Both the position numbers and the translations under genes were made by a program. The notes under the pieces were generated by a model. It was not told the DNA's origin, searched no databases, and was given only the letters and a program-made list of their open reading frames with translations. From assembly GCF_006345805.1 (NCBI RefSeq), contig NC_043012.1, positions 40,610,001 through 40,674,000 on the forward strand: DNA of 64,000 nt, in the 5' to 3' direction. How positions within the stretch are numbered: position 1 is the first letter of the stretch; the number at the start of each line of letters is the position of its first letter. Origin of the DNA: Octopus sinensis. Its lineage: Eukaryota. Below are positions 1 to 11,430 of this stretch, in pieces.

Positions 1-13
1 TATATATATGTTT

Positions 14-212
14 GTGTGTCTATATTTGTCTCCCACCATCGCTTGACAACCGATATTGGTGTGTTTACGTCCCCGTAACTTAGCGGTTCGGTCAAAGACC
101 CCAATAGAATAAGTACTAGGCTTACAAAGAATAAATCCCGGGGTCGATATGTTCGACTGAAGGCGGTGCTCCAGCATGGCCGCAGGCAAATGACTGAAAC
201 AAATAAAAGAAT
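14..212 (+). mobile_element. 3' module of SINE family B (head lies upstream of window)
   Basis: CCACCATCGCTTGACAACCG...GGCGGTGCTCCAGCATGGCCGCAG..AAATGACTGAAAC module, repeated more than 10 times in the window. Confidence 0.85.
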
Positions 213-306
213 TTACGGATTCTGTAAAGACCACAATGGAGGACACCACTTCCTCATCCCGAATGTCCGGTACCAGGGCGATACAAACATACGCAGGCAC
301 GCACAA

Positions 307-678
307 TAAACACGGACGTGTAGTTGAGTAGTTCGCTTCGCAACCACTTGGTTGCGGGTTCGATCCCACTGCGAGCATTTTGGGCAAATGTGTTCTACTA
401 TAATCCCGAGCTGACCAATGCCTTACGAGTGAATTAGGGAAATGGAATCTATAGGAGCCTGTCGTGTGCGTCCTTGTGTTTGGCACCCAACCCAACCGCT
501 TGGCAACCAGTGTTGGTTTGTTTACGTCCCTGTAAATTAGCGATTCGATAAAAAGCGAACGATAGAATGAATATACATACCAGACTCAAAATATACACCG
601 GGGTTGGTTTGTTTTGATTAATTTCTTCCAAGTGGTGCCCCAGCATGGTCGTGATACATAACCTGAAACAAAAGAGCA
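307..678 (+). mobile_element. diverged SINE family B copy
   Basis: B-box-like GGGTTCGATCCCACTGCG, then TTGGGCAA-TGT-TTCTACTATA, then a degenerate 3' module. Confidence 0.75.
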
Positions 679-890
679 TACAAGTGTTTGCGTGTGCTAT
701 TACAAGTGTGTGTATTTATGTGTGTGTGTGTGTGTTGTGCTTGCGCGCGCGTGCTTCTATGACGCAGTAAATTCCTCGCTAGCCGAACCAATTACTTGAA
801 CCATTAAAATTAATTCTACATAAATTGGTAATTATTCTATGAAATTATGAACCGATTGTTTCAGCTCTCCATTACTGTGACAGATAGTAA

Positions 891-1115
891 TTAAGTTGGT
901 GCATAATTATTGCGGTTTTTTTTTTCCAATAAATTTTATTCAACAAAAACAATAACAACATTTAACAAAAACCTCTTTAAGTGATTATTCCGGAGCATAT
1001 TCACCATCCACCTCAGTAACTGCTTGGCATTTTATTTAAGCTGGCGTTTTGTTTAAATTTTTTTGTTGAATAAAATTTATTGAAAAAAAGCCGCAATAAT
1101 TATGCAGCAACCTAA
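891..1115. mobile_element. mariner-type MITE / internally deleted mariner
   Basis: ~55-bp imperfect TIRs (TTA[A/G]GTTG[G/C]TGCATAATTATTGCGG...AATAAATTTTATTCAACAAAAA) resembling Hsmar1/MADE1 termini; TA follows the right TIR; minus-strand remnant TEVDGEYAPE* resembles a mariner transposase C-terminus. Confidence 0.85.
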
Positions 1116-1126
1116 TAACACACACA

Positions 1127-1164
<38 letters not shown>

Positions 1165-1188
1165 CACACTATACACACACACTCCACA

Positions 1189-1225
<37 letters not shown>

Positions 1226-1235
1226 AGAATCAGAC

Positions 1236-1520
1236 TGGCACTTCGTTGGTTACGACGACGAGTATTCCAGTTGATTCGATCAACGGAACAGCCCGCCTGT
1301 GAAATTTAAAAGCGCAAGTGGCTGAGTACTCCACAGACACAGAATGTGACAAGGCTGGCCCCTTTTGAAATTACGGGTACTACTCATTTTTGCCAGCTGA
1401 GTAGACTAGTGCGACGTGAAAAAAAGAGTCTCGTTCAAGGTCACAACGCGTCGCTGGGAGTCGAACTCATGACCTTACAACCGTAAGCCGATTACGCTCA
1501 CCACTAAGCCACACCCCTTC
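1236..1520 (-). mobile_element. tRNA-derived SINE family C
   Basis: Reverse complement of head GTGGCTTAGTGGT...GAGTTCG, CORE-like block and tail ...CGTCGTCGTAACC...GTGCCA. Confidence 0.85.
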
Positions 1521-1730
1521 ACACACACACACACACACCCTTCCGTGCGATGAGAGTTATAAGGTTGGGGTTACAATTAACCTAGAAACCCACAAATTAA
1601 ACTGCTAACAACTGTCAGTAAAAATTCATTTCAACATCCGTCTACTGACTTGAGACGAATAATGACAGACACAATATGGCCGAGAGATGTGTTAGAAATA
1701 GCAGCTAAATAACTTTCAATTCACTCATAT

Positions 1731-2138
1731 TTATTTATTTATTGCCCACAAGGGGCTAAGCATAGAAGGGACAGACAAGGACAGACAAAGAGATTAAGTC
1801 GATTACATCGACCCCAGTGCATAACTGGTACTTATTTAATCGACCCCGAAAGGATAAAAGACTAAGTCGAGCTCGGTAGAATTTGAACTCAGAATGTAAA
1901 GATAGACGAAATACCTATTTCTTTACTACCCACAAGGGGCTAAACATAGAGAAGACAAACAAGGACAGACAAACGGATTAAGTCGATTACATCGACCCAG
2001 TATGCAACTGGTACTTAATTTATCGACGCCGAAAGAATGAAAGGCAAAGTCGACCTCGGCGGAATTTGAACTCAGAACGTAACGGGAGACGAAATACCGC
2101 TAAGCATTTCGCCCGGCGTGCTAACGGTTCAGCCAACT
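1731..2138 (-). mobile_element. SINE family A, tandem dimer
   Basis: Two ~190-bp body+tail units (GAGTTCAAATTCCGCCGAGGTCGAC...GGGGTCGAT...AGTACCAGTT...CCCCTTGTGGG) behind one head. Confidence 0.9.
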
Positions 2139-2167
2139 CCACTCTAAATATTCTTTTTTTACTTTAG

Positions 2168-2403
2168 GCCTTGTTTGTCCCCTTTGTGTTTAGCCCCTTG
2201 TGGGTAGTAAAGAAATAGGTTTTTCGTCTGCCGCTATGTTCTGAGTTCAAATTCCGCCGAGGTTGACTTCGCCTTTCATCCTTTCGGGGTCGATTAAAAA
2301 AAAAATACCAGTTACGCACTGGGGTCGATGTAATCGACTAGACACCCCCACCACCCGCCTCTAAAAGAATTTCAGGCCTTGTGTCTATAATAGAAAGGAT
2401 TAG
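2168..2403 (+). mobile_element. SINE family A, headless unit, inverted relative to neighbour
   Basis: tail1 + body + tail2 (..AATTTCAGGCCTTGTGTCTATAATAGAAAGGAT). Confidence 0.9.
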
Positions 2404-2881
2404 ATTAGGTTAGAACCACTTTCTTGATTGTCTTGCGTTGCAGAACTGGTTGGCCCTTGTTCTCCTTTCTGGAAATTCATCCACTCCACTCCCCCCCCCC
2501 CTCCTTCACTTTTTTCGGGTCAGGAATGCGAAGCGTCGGCTGGGACACCTTTGGCGACGATCGTTTCCTATCTCTGTCTTCTGATTTCCGATCTCGCCGA
2601 AGTACCAGCTTTGTCTTCCTTTGGTCCGGCGGTCGATAAAATACCAGTCAAATACTGGGGTTCATTCTCTCACTGCTCCCCATTTCTTTTCTTCTTTCTT
2701 TCTTTCTTTCTCTCTTTCTTTTTCTTGTTTTCTCTCTTTTACTTTTCTCCCTCTCCTCTTTTTCTCTTTCTCTCTCTTTCTTCTCTTTCTCCTCTTTCTC
2801 TCTTTTCTCTTTCTTTCAACTTTCTTTTCCTCTCCTTTCTCTATCTCTTTCTATTGTACCCCTAATTCAACAGTCCCCCCT

Positions 2882-2936
<55 letters not shown>

Positions 2937-3413
2937 GTCGTGCTGCTTCTATCCAAAAATTACGTTAAAGAATCGCACATACCAATAGGAATACTCAGCC
3001 ACCCACACTCAAATTTCACGCGTATCAATTCATCTTCATGAACAGCTGAATGCTCATCGTCGAGAGAGACGGAGAACTCCCTGTTGTCTCTTTCACGATT
3101 AACACCTTGAAAATGATTCGAGCTTCCGACTTATTTCTCGCCTGTCAAACAAATAGTTTTATAAAGCTCCCCTTCGCCCCGCCAATTATGACCCTCACCG
3201 GTTATCTTTCCTTCGCCTATTTCACTAGGAAATCTGTCCGACCTTGACATTCTTAATTTCGTTGCTGTGACCCCATGTCATCAGTTTAACCTTTGACCTC
3301 CACAGTTGCTGAGACCAGTTCACACGTCAACTTACTTGTCACGTCCAATGACACAAAACGAAGTTTCATATTTCGACTTTATTTTTAGTTTTCCGTGTGT
3401 GTGTGTGTGTGGT

Positions 3414-3462
<49 letters not shown>

Positions 3463-4252
3463 GTGCGTGCGTGCGTGTGTGTGCGTGTGATGTTTTGTAT
3501 GAGTGTGTGGGGGGTATTTTGTGTGTATGACGTTTTGTGCAAGTGTGTGTGGTATGTGTATGTGTGAGTGTGTGTATGGGATGTTTTGTGGGTGTGTGTG
3601 TTTATGTACGTGTGCGTGTGATGTTTTGTGTGGGGAGATGTTTTGTGTGTGTGTATGATGTTTTGTGCAAGTGAGTGTGTGCATGTGTGTGATGTGTGTG
3701 TATGGGATGTTTTGTGTGTGTGTGTGTGTGTATGACGTTTTGTCTGTTTTGTGCGTGTGTGTGTGTTTCTGTTGTTTAACCCCAAATAAATTATGATAGA
3801 CGAGAATCATGATCAAATGGATCCCAGCCGTGACTGTCCCGTCTTTTTCTTATGTGCAAAAACAAAACTAGATCACATTATCTGATCTGCGCATTTTCTA
3901 AGACACCGCAATGTGATTCTCTACATTTAACAAGGTGCAGAAAGCAGTGTCCGGATCTTTGTGGCCACAGCAAAAGTGGTCGCGTGGTGGAAGAGGCTGA
4001 AAGAATTGAGCGCAGACACCTTTCCCTTCGTCCGAGCCTTCATCGGCCTTTATCAAGTGACCGTGCGAAAAATAGTCAGTGTAAATAAACAGGCTCAAAA
4101 GCATGCATCAATAGATTACCCTGTAACTGTGTATGTCTTGTCACCATGGACGTGCACCCCGAAACTTTCGGTCCAAGGTTCGAGCCTGGGTTATGTATTT
4201 AAAGAAGACCAACAGGTGTCCAAACATGTGAGTCTCTCCTGTCTGCGCCACC

Positions 4253-4639
4253 GAGCGAAGGTAAAGCGCGTGCACGCCACCCATTTCCGATTTTTTCTTT
4301 TTTTTTTTTTCAAATTTTTTTTTCGGATTTCTGTTTCGATATAGAAGAATACAATTTTACCCAAAAATCACGTTTTCAAAATCTTAATTTCCACCCCACG
4401 CCCATTTCCTTAGTTTTTAACTTTTTCCGAATTCTTTTTTTTTTTTTAACCACGTATAAAAATACGGAGATTACGAATATGGGATTTTTTCTTTTTAAAT
4501 TTCAATTTTTCTTAAAGAAACACTCGAGGCCCCTTCCCCAACGTCGCCCACCCATCATCTCCCCGTTTTCAAAAAGCTAAAAACGCCGGAAGTTTCCCTT
4601 TCGTCTGATGGATAGTGTGCACGCACTTTACCTTCGTTC
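4253..4639. repeat. 32-bp inverted repeat pair around a T-rich spacer (possible MITE)
   Basis: 4253-4284 GAGCGAAGGTAAAGCGCGTGCACGCCACCCAT versus reverse complement of 4608-4639 GAACGAAGGTAAAGTGCGTGCACACTATCCAT: 27/32 identical, all differences transitions; ACC flanks both ends. Confidence 0.6.
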
Positions 4640-4763
4640 ACCACCGATGCTGCCCAAGAGAAAGGGCAAAACCGATTCAGTTTAATCCCGTCAGAACAAA
4701 TCCAAACACTGCCACGTGGACAATGCCACCATTCCACTTCCGCCACTGCTTCATTTACTGACC
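4632..4763 (-). other. candidate 132-bp exon
   Basis: Acceptor TTTCTTTCTTGCAG, donor AAG|GTAAAG, one open frame (GSVNEAVAEVEWWHCPRGSVWICSDGIKLNRFCPFSWAASVVNEG), phase 1-1; product not recognised; donor lies inside the inverted repeat. Confidence 0.2.
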
Positions 4764-4879
4764 CTGCAAGAAAGAAATGGAAATTCGGCATCGCTGGCAT
4801 TCGAACTCAGCGCGCAAAGAGCTTAAGCGAATGCCGTGAGGACTTTTATGCGTGGCCCTAAAGACTGGTAATTCACTAT

Positions 4880-5225
4880 CCTTCTGGAAGCAGTGAGATG
4901 GTTACAGTTGGAACGCCTTAAAATTAAGAATGCTATATTGGATAGAATAGTTTTGGATGCTTTTTATTTTAAAGGAGAGATGGTCACTGTTGTAACGCCT
5001 TTGCCATAAAAAAGTAAATCATATAGAGGATCGTGTAACCCAGGATGGCTTTTGTCTAAAAGAATGCATGGTCACGGCTGGCACGCTTTTATTTTTAACA
5101 TGATGGGAATGTTGTACTGGATAATGTAGCGTTTGATGCTTGGGATGGTCCCAGGCACGAAAAATCTTTAATCATAGGTGTACTGGATCGAAGCTGACCT
5201 GGGGCTAAAAGGCAACAACAGCATC
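4880..5225 (+). repeat. short interspersed repeat F in degenerate tandem units
   Basis: GATGGTCAC/TGGCTGG..CGCC motif about four times, ending GATCATAGG...CTGACCTGGGGCTAAA + (CAA)n; related copies near 3805, 13615, 14205, 19655, 38050, 41425, 45465. Confidence 0.6.
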
Positions 5226-5523
5226 AACAACAACATCGTTCAGTCCATTGTAATTCAATGAGTTGTTTGGAAAATGAAACAGAAATCGATATTTCGTATC
5301 GAAATGCGGTAGTGGCGGTGGCAGTAGCTGTTGTAGCAGGAGGAGCAATGACGTCATTGCCATGGCATTATGGACGTCACAGAACTCTCAGAGACCAAAC
5401 CAAGGTTAAAGACATGGAAATGGAAGAACTTATTCGACGATTGTAGGATCGTTTCGGTGAAGAGCTTCTTGCTGTTTATGGTGGTGGTGGTGGTGGTGGT
5501 GTTGGTGGTAGTGGTGTTTGTTG

Positions 5524-5555
<32 letters not shown>

Positions 5556-5895
5556 GGTGGTGGTGTTGGTGGTAGTGGTGTTGTTGTGTGTGTTGGTGGT
5601 GGTGGTGGCATTTGTGATTTTTATATGAGTTTAGAGGGAGGGAGGGAGGGATAGTGCAGAAAGGTTTCGACCGCAGGAAGGCCTTGGGTTGAATGATAAG
5701 TGCCACAAGTTCTGTGCGATGAAAGAAAGGGAGACAACTGCTTATGTGGTGGTGGGGGAGGGGCATGGCGGCACAAGACCAGCTGGTTGTAAAGAACAGA
5801 GACCGATGTAGTAGTAGTGGGAAAAAGCAGAGGGAGGAAGCACAGCAAGTCTATGGGACAGAGGCTGGAGTGTTAGTGACGTCATATTGATGTTT

Positions 5896-6390
5896 CGAAT
5901 TTTGGAACAAGGCCAATGATTTCGTGGAAGGGGATTAGTCGATTACATCGACCCCAGTGCATTGCTGGTATTTGATTTATCGACCCCGAAAAGATGGAAG
6001 GTAAAGTCGACCTCAGTGGCGTTTGAACTCAGAACGTAACAGAAGACGAAATACCTATTTCTTTACTACCCACAAGGGGCTAAACACAGAGAGGACAAAC
6101 AAGAACAGACAAACGGATTAAATCGATTACATCGACCCCAGTGCGTAACTGGTATTTAATTTATCGACCCCGAAAGGATGAAAGGCAAAATCGACCTCGG
6201 CGGAATTTAAACTCAGAACGTAGCGGCAGACGAAATACCACTAGGTATTTAGCCCGGCGTGCTAACGTTTTTCTGCCAGCTTGTCGCCTTAATAATAATA
6301 ATATTCCTTTCTGTTGTAGGCACAAGACCTGAAATTTTGAGGAAGGGAGCTGGTCGATTATATCGACCCCAGTGCGTAACTGGTACTTAT
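5896..6390 (-). mobile_element. SINE family A tandem dimer plus adjacent 3' fragment
   Basis: Head RC at ~6250-6290, two body units and tail2; a further tail fragment at 6305-6390. Confidence 0.9.
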
Positions 6391-6584
6391 TCGTTGTCCG
6401 AGGTTTTTGTAGCTTAGTTAAGCTATACGCAAGAACAACCAACAACAAGAGAGTATCTGTGTATTGTTTCTGCTTCATTCGGCTACACACGGTGAGGGCG
6501 AATTCGGTCGACCATCCACGTCTCATCCTCCTTTCCCGCCTAACCGGAAGTTCCCCTTTCTGCCGACCAGTGCCCTACACGAGC

Positions 6585-6910
6585 ACAGTATGTCTAGGAC
6601 TACATAACCCAAAGTGCTATTCGGGCATAAAGTATCTAGGGTTATATGATCCGAAGTGTTATTCGGACAGAGTATACCTCGGACTAAATGAAGTGCTATT
6701 CGGGCTAAGTCATTTGGGCACAGTGTATCTAGGAGAACATTATTCAATGTGTTATTCGGGTACATTGTATCTAGGACTACGTTAATGTTTTTCAGGCATA
6801 ATGTATCAAGGACCACATTAGCCAGTGTTATTCGAGGAGCGCAATGTACCTAGGACTACATTGACCAATGAGCTACGGAAGCAATGTATCAAGAAGTACA
6901 TTGACAAATG
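6585..6910 (+). repeat. diverged ~42-bp tandem repeat, about 8 units
   Basis: Recurring GTATCTAGGACTACAT......AGTG(C/T)TATTCGGGCA. Confidence 0.8.
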
Positions 6911-7103
6911 CGTTCTTTTATATAATACAGTACTGTTTTGATTTGTGATTTGGCTGCTATTTCTTGCTGGTCGGGTTGGTACGGCGAGGAAGCAGCTCTG
7001 TGATTGATCCGTGGTGGCGGTGGGACGCCTGAGGGGGTACGACGTTACATGTGTGATGGTGGAGGTGGAGACGTTGGCCGGATAATTGGACTGAAATAAA
7101 AAC

Positions 7104-7303
7104 GAATGGCTGTGTGGTAAGTAGCTTGTTTAAGAACTAAATTGTTCCGGGTTCAGTCCCACTACGTGACACCTTGGGCAAGTGTCTTCTACTAAAGCCT
7201 AGGGCCGACCAAAGCCTTGTGAGTGGATTTGGTAGATGGAAACTGAAAGAAGCCCGTCGTATATATATATATATATATAATATATATATATGGTGTGTGG
7301 GTG

Positions 7304-7354
<51 letters not shown>

Positions 7355-7578
7355 TGTGTCTGTGTTTGTGTGTCTGTGTTTGTCTCCCCCAACATCGCTT
7401 GACAACTGATGCTGGTGTGTTTAGGTCCCCCGTAACTTAGCGGTTCGGCAAAAGAACCGATAGAATAAGTACTAGGCTTATAAAGAATAAGTCCTGAGGT
7501 CGATTTGCTCGACTAAAGGCGGTGCTCCAACATGACCACAGTCAAATGACTGAAACAAGTAAAAGAGAGTAAAAGAGT
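7104..7578 (+). mobile_element. full-length SINE family B with internal (TA)/(TG) microsatellite
   Basis: Head GAATGGCTGTGTGGTAAG...GGGTTCAGTCCC, CCTTGGGCAAGTGTCTTCTAC block, microsatellite, 3' module. Confidence 0.9.
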
Positions 7579-7949
7579 AACAGTGAGAGTGAATGTGAGA
7601 ATAAGAGACTAAGAGGAATAGGGGGATGACAGAATGAGTCAACTGTGTTTGGCGAATAGAAGACAGTTTGTTAAATATTGCTTGTTTTTTTAATACCATG
7701 TTTTGCATTAAGGACGGGGAGGTGGGGTCGAATGTGTGTATATGGGGGTGTACAATGAAAGGAACGGCAGCAACAGCAACAACAACAACAACAACAACAG
7801 GATCAACAAGAATTAAATGGGATCTGTTGACTTAGATTTATGCACGTCACTCTCTCCATATTCATGTCTCTCTGTCTTCCATATATCACGTCATCCCGTG
7901 GCCAGATAACAACCGACATAATCTATGTATCGTTATCTCAATGTTGCAT

Positions 7950-8041
7950 AATATGTGTGTGTGTGTGTGTGTGTGCACATACGTATGCATATATTCATAC
8001 ATATATATATGTATGTATGTATATATATGTGATATATATTA

Positions 8042-8081
<40 letters not shown>

Positions 8082-8130
8082 ATATATATATATATGTATG
8101 AATGTATATGTATGTATGTATAGATAGATG

Positions 8131-8174
<44 letters not shown>

Positions 8175-8590
8175 TATGTATGAATGAATGTATATATACA
8201 ATGAAAGTATGTATGTATGAATGTATATATACATGTGTGTATGTATATACATGTATGTATGTATGTAGGTATGAATGTATATAAACATGTATATATATAT
8301 GTATGTATGTATACATATATAATATATATATGTATATGTGTGTGTGTATACATTGTATATGTAAATATGTTTGTGTGTGTGTGTGTGTATAAAACAAACA
8401 TGAATGCATACATACAGAAATACAAATGCGTGCATATACACCATCTATTTATCTATATATCTGTATATATAGATATATATATATATATATATATATCTAT
8501 ATATATATCATATACATATATATATATATATATATACTAATATATATATATATATATAATATATATATATATATATCATATATATATATT
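7950..8590. repeat. compound microsatellite (TG/TA/TATG/GATA)
   Basis: Direct reading. Confidence 0.95.
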
Positions 8591-10694
8591 CACACATCCA
8601 GTGCCTCTCAATCATATGACCGCATGCTATGACAATATATCGCTGATAATGACATGGATTCTAGAGGGATGTCGATAGATACATGGGTGTGAAGGAAAAA
8701 GAAGGGTGAAAGAGAGACAGAGAGAGAGAGAGGGGAAAAGAGAGAGAAGGAGGGTGTGAGAGGATTGACAGAAAATTCTAGATGGAGGTAATCTTCCAAT
8801 TTACGCGTTTCGTTTTGAAATCTTATCTGCAACCAATGACGTCACATTTCTGAATTGCTGAAATTCTTTCCCATGGCTCTTGTAAATGGTTTAGGCTGGA
8901 AGAACTTTTCTTGTCAACTTTGATGACCTACTACTGCTATCTGTCTGTGTCTGTTACGTATATACACTCTGTGTGTGCATGTGTGTGTGTGTGTGTGCCT
9001 TCCGCTTCGTATGTTTAACCTTGTGATAGTAAAATGAAGCTAACACACACACACACACACAGAGAGTATCTTTAGTTACAAAATTCCTGTGGATAAATTT
9101 CTGGTTCAGTCTATTGGCATTGGCAAGAGTGACAAGGGAGTATCATTGTACCTCGATGTAAAACAAACATTGTAAGGGATTACATTCGAAATGCACCACT
9201 TTTTCCGTTTCTTCGCCAGTGTTTACATCGCTTATGTGTGTTTGTGTGTGTGGTGCACATATATAGTACCTTTACCTAACTCCAGACCATGGGTTCACAC
9301 CAATATCCAGAAATTTAGTTACCGTGAGGTTCAACATAGTTTTTTCATGGTTACTGGAGCGAAAAAAAGAAAGAAAAAAGACGTTTCACGTGATGTGTGA
9401 CGCCAATAATAATGTCTTTGTTGCCCTCAAAAACGTAACAAATATTTCATTCAATGTTTACAAGCGAAGAGCAGTTCTCTTTCTGTTTCTTATTGGGGTG
9501 TGTCAGTTTATGATATGCTATTTCTCAGACAAACATAAACTACACCATGGCTTTGTGATTAGGGTGTTGCACTCACAATAGCGAGATCGGTGCATTGTAT
9601 GCATGAGCGAAATACATTTCATGTTGCTCTCGTCCACTGAGTTGTAAATAGGTAACCTTGTGACAGATTGGCGTACAAGTGTGAGAAGGTGACTCGGTAA
9701 AACCACCCCAATGGAGATCTCAGGAGCCACGTTTTGTATTCAGCGATCGAACCTACGTACATACTTTCTACAGGATTATTTGCGAGTGTATATTGAGAAT
9801 TTTGGTTCTTCACACAGAAGAGCAACATCTATCAATATTGCGCGTGTGAATATTGCTATAATTCTTTCCTGTGGTTGTCGTAAAATAGATCGCCCCTTGG
9901 ATCTTTACAGTATCCAGTTTACAAGAATGTGTACCTTTAATTCCTTCTCTGTCAACAGTTTTGTGAGGTACAGTGGTCTGTAGATGGTTAGGTGGTTTAT
10001 TGACCAGCATTGCTCTCAGAAATCTGGAAAGACTGTTTCCAGACAGCACCAGAACTCCACCCCCACCCCCGTATAAAATTATATTATTTTAAAATGAACT
10101 TCAAAGAGTGTACCGGAAGACTACATAAGAGTACAGAATCTCCTCAGATGTTACGATCTAACACTTTGCCTGCCCAAAGCATTTCCGTAAGTTTGCCTAA
10201 AGCGTCCATGTTCGTTTTCAGACTTTTGGTTACCTCTTGTTTCATACGTTTTAAGAAATACAAAGCTTTCCTTCCATAAGTCCCAACTTACTCTGGTGGT
10301 TGGCTGGAAATTGGGAATACGTATCATGTATATTATGCCTGAAGACCAGCGATATATGTGCTGTGTGTCAAATGTGATACACTGGACAGACAAAGGGTTA
10401 ACTATCATGAAATATGCTTTGTATAATTTGTTGTGGAATATTCCATGATATCTTTCCATGTACAAACGACATTGTGAAATATACGTCGTGAAATTTACTC
10501 CCTAAAATTTACTCCATGAAATTTAATCTTTTGTTACATCTAACTTGATTTATAATTCTTGGAAATTACCCGATGATAAAATCTAATCCCCAAACTCTGT
10601 ACCGTGAAATATGTTCCATGAAGTGTTTCCTCTGAAGTTTACCTCATGAAATCTATTCCACGGACTTTATAAAAGAAATATATATTCTATGACA

Positions 10695-10912
10695 AGGGCA
10701 GCGAGCTGGCAGAGACGTTAGCACGCCGGACGAAATTCCTAGCGGTATTTCGTCTGCCGTTACGTTCTGAGTTCAAATTCCGCCGAGGTCGACTTTGTTT
10801 TTCATCCTATCGGGGTCGATTAAATAAGTACCAGTTAAGCACTGGGGTTGATGTAATCGACTTAATCCGTTTGTCTGTCCTTGTTTGTCCTCTCTGTGTG
10901 TAATAAAGAAAT
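10695..10912 (+). mobile_element. SINE family A monomer with perfect 19-bp TSD
   Basis: AAATATATATTCTATGACA at 10676-10694 and again at 10913-10931. Confidence 0.95.
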
Positions 10913-11030
10913 AAATATATATTCTATGACATATATTTCACGCAATCTACACCACCAAATCTGTGTCCTGTTATATCCACTCCGTGAACAATAATTCCGT
11001 GTAATCTTTGTAAAAGCTTCTGAGTTGGGA

Positions 11031-11430
11031 ATCCATCCATCCGGTTTCTCTGCTCACTCTTCCTGGAAGAGTGGTCGGAGTAAAGTCCTTAGATACCTCC
11101 CCCATAGGAGACTATCAGAAGCAAGCTTCATTAAACCTTTCCGTTGGAATCCCAGGCGTGACCAACCAAGACGAAGTATATTATCCAACTATTTCGTTCT
11201 TGGTGTACACCTAGGTCTCCTGCCGGTTGACTTGGCTTAAACAATGCGTCTTGCGATTCTTTCCTACGACCTTCTAACCATATATCTGTTGTACCAGAGC
11301 TGTGACCTCTCAATGCGGAGAAGTAGCGGATGAACCTGGAGAGAATCCTTAATCTCCGAACTATTTACTCTGTCGAGTAAAGTTACTTCGGAGTTGGAAT
11401 TTCCTCTTCGAAATCTGTTCCTCGAAATGT
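11031..11430 (-). mobile_element. 3' end of an RTE-clade LINE (Expander/Rex3-like), decayed
   Basis: Minus-strand peptide pieces VTLLDRV, LLLRIERSQL, TGRRPR, GWSRLGIP typical of the RTE ORF C-terminus; (GGAT)n tail at 11032-11042. Confidence 0.8.

Noticed and set aside
3961-4344. 127-aa non-repetitive ORF
   Set aside because: No recognisable domain; the C-terminus runs into poly-T and the inverted repeat
10490-10665. Degenerate CC(G/A)TGAAATTTACT-like ~15-bp reiteration
   Set aside because: Too decayed to define a unit; likely an old AT-rich satellite with no further signal
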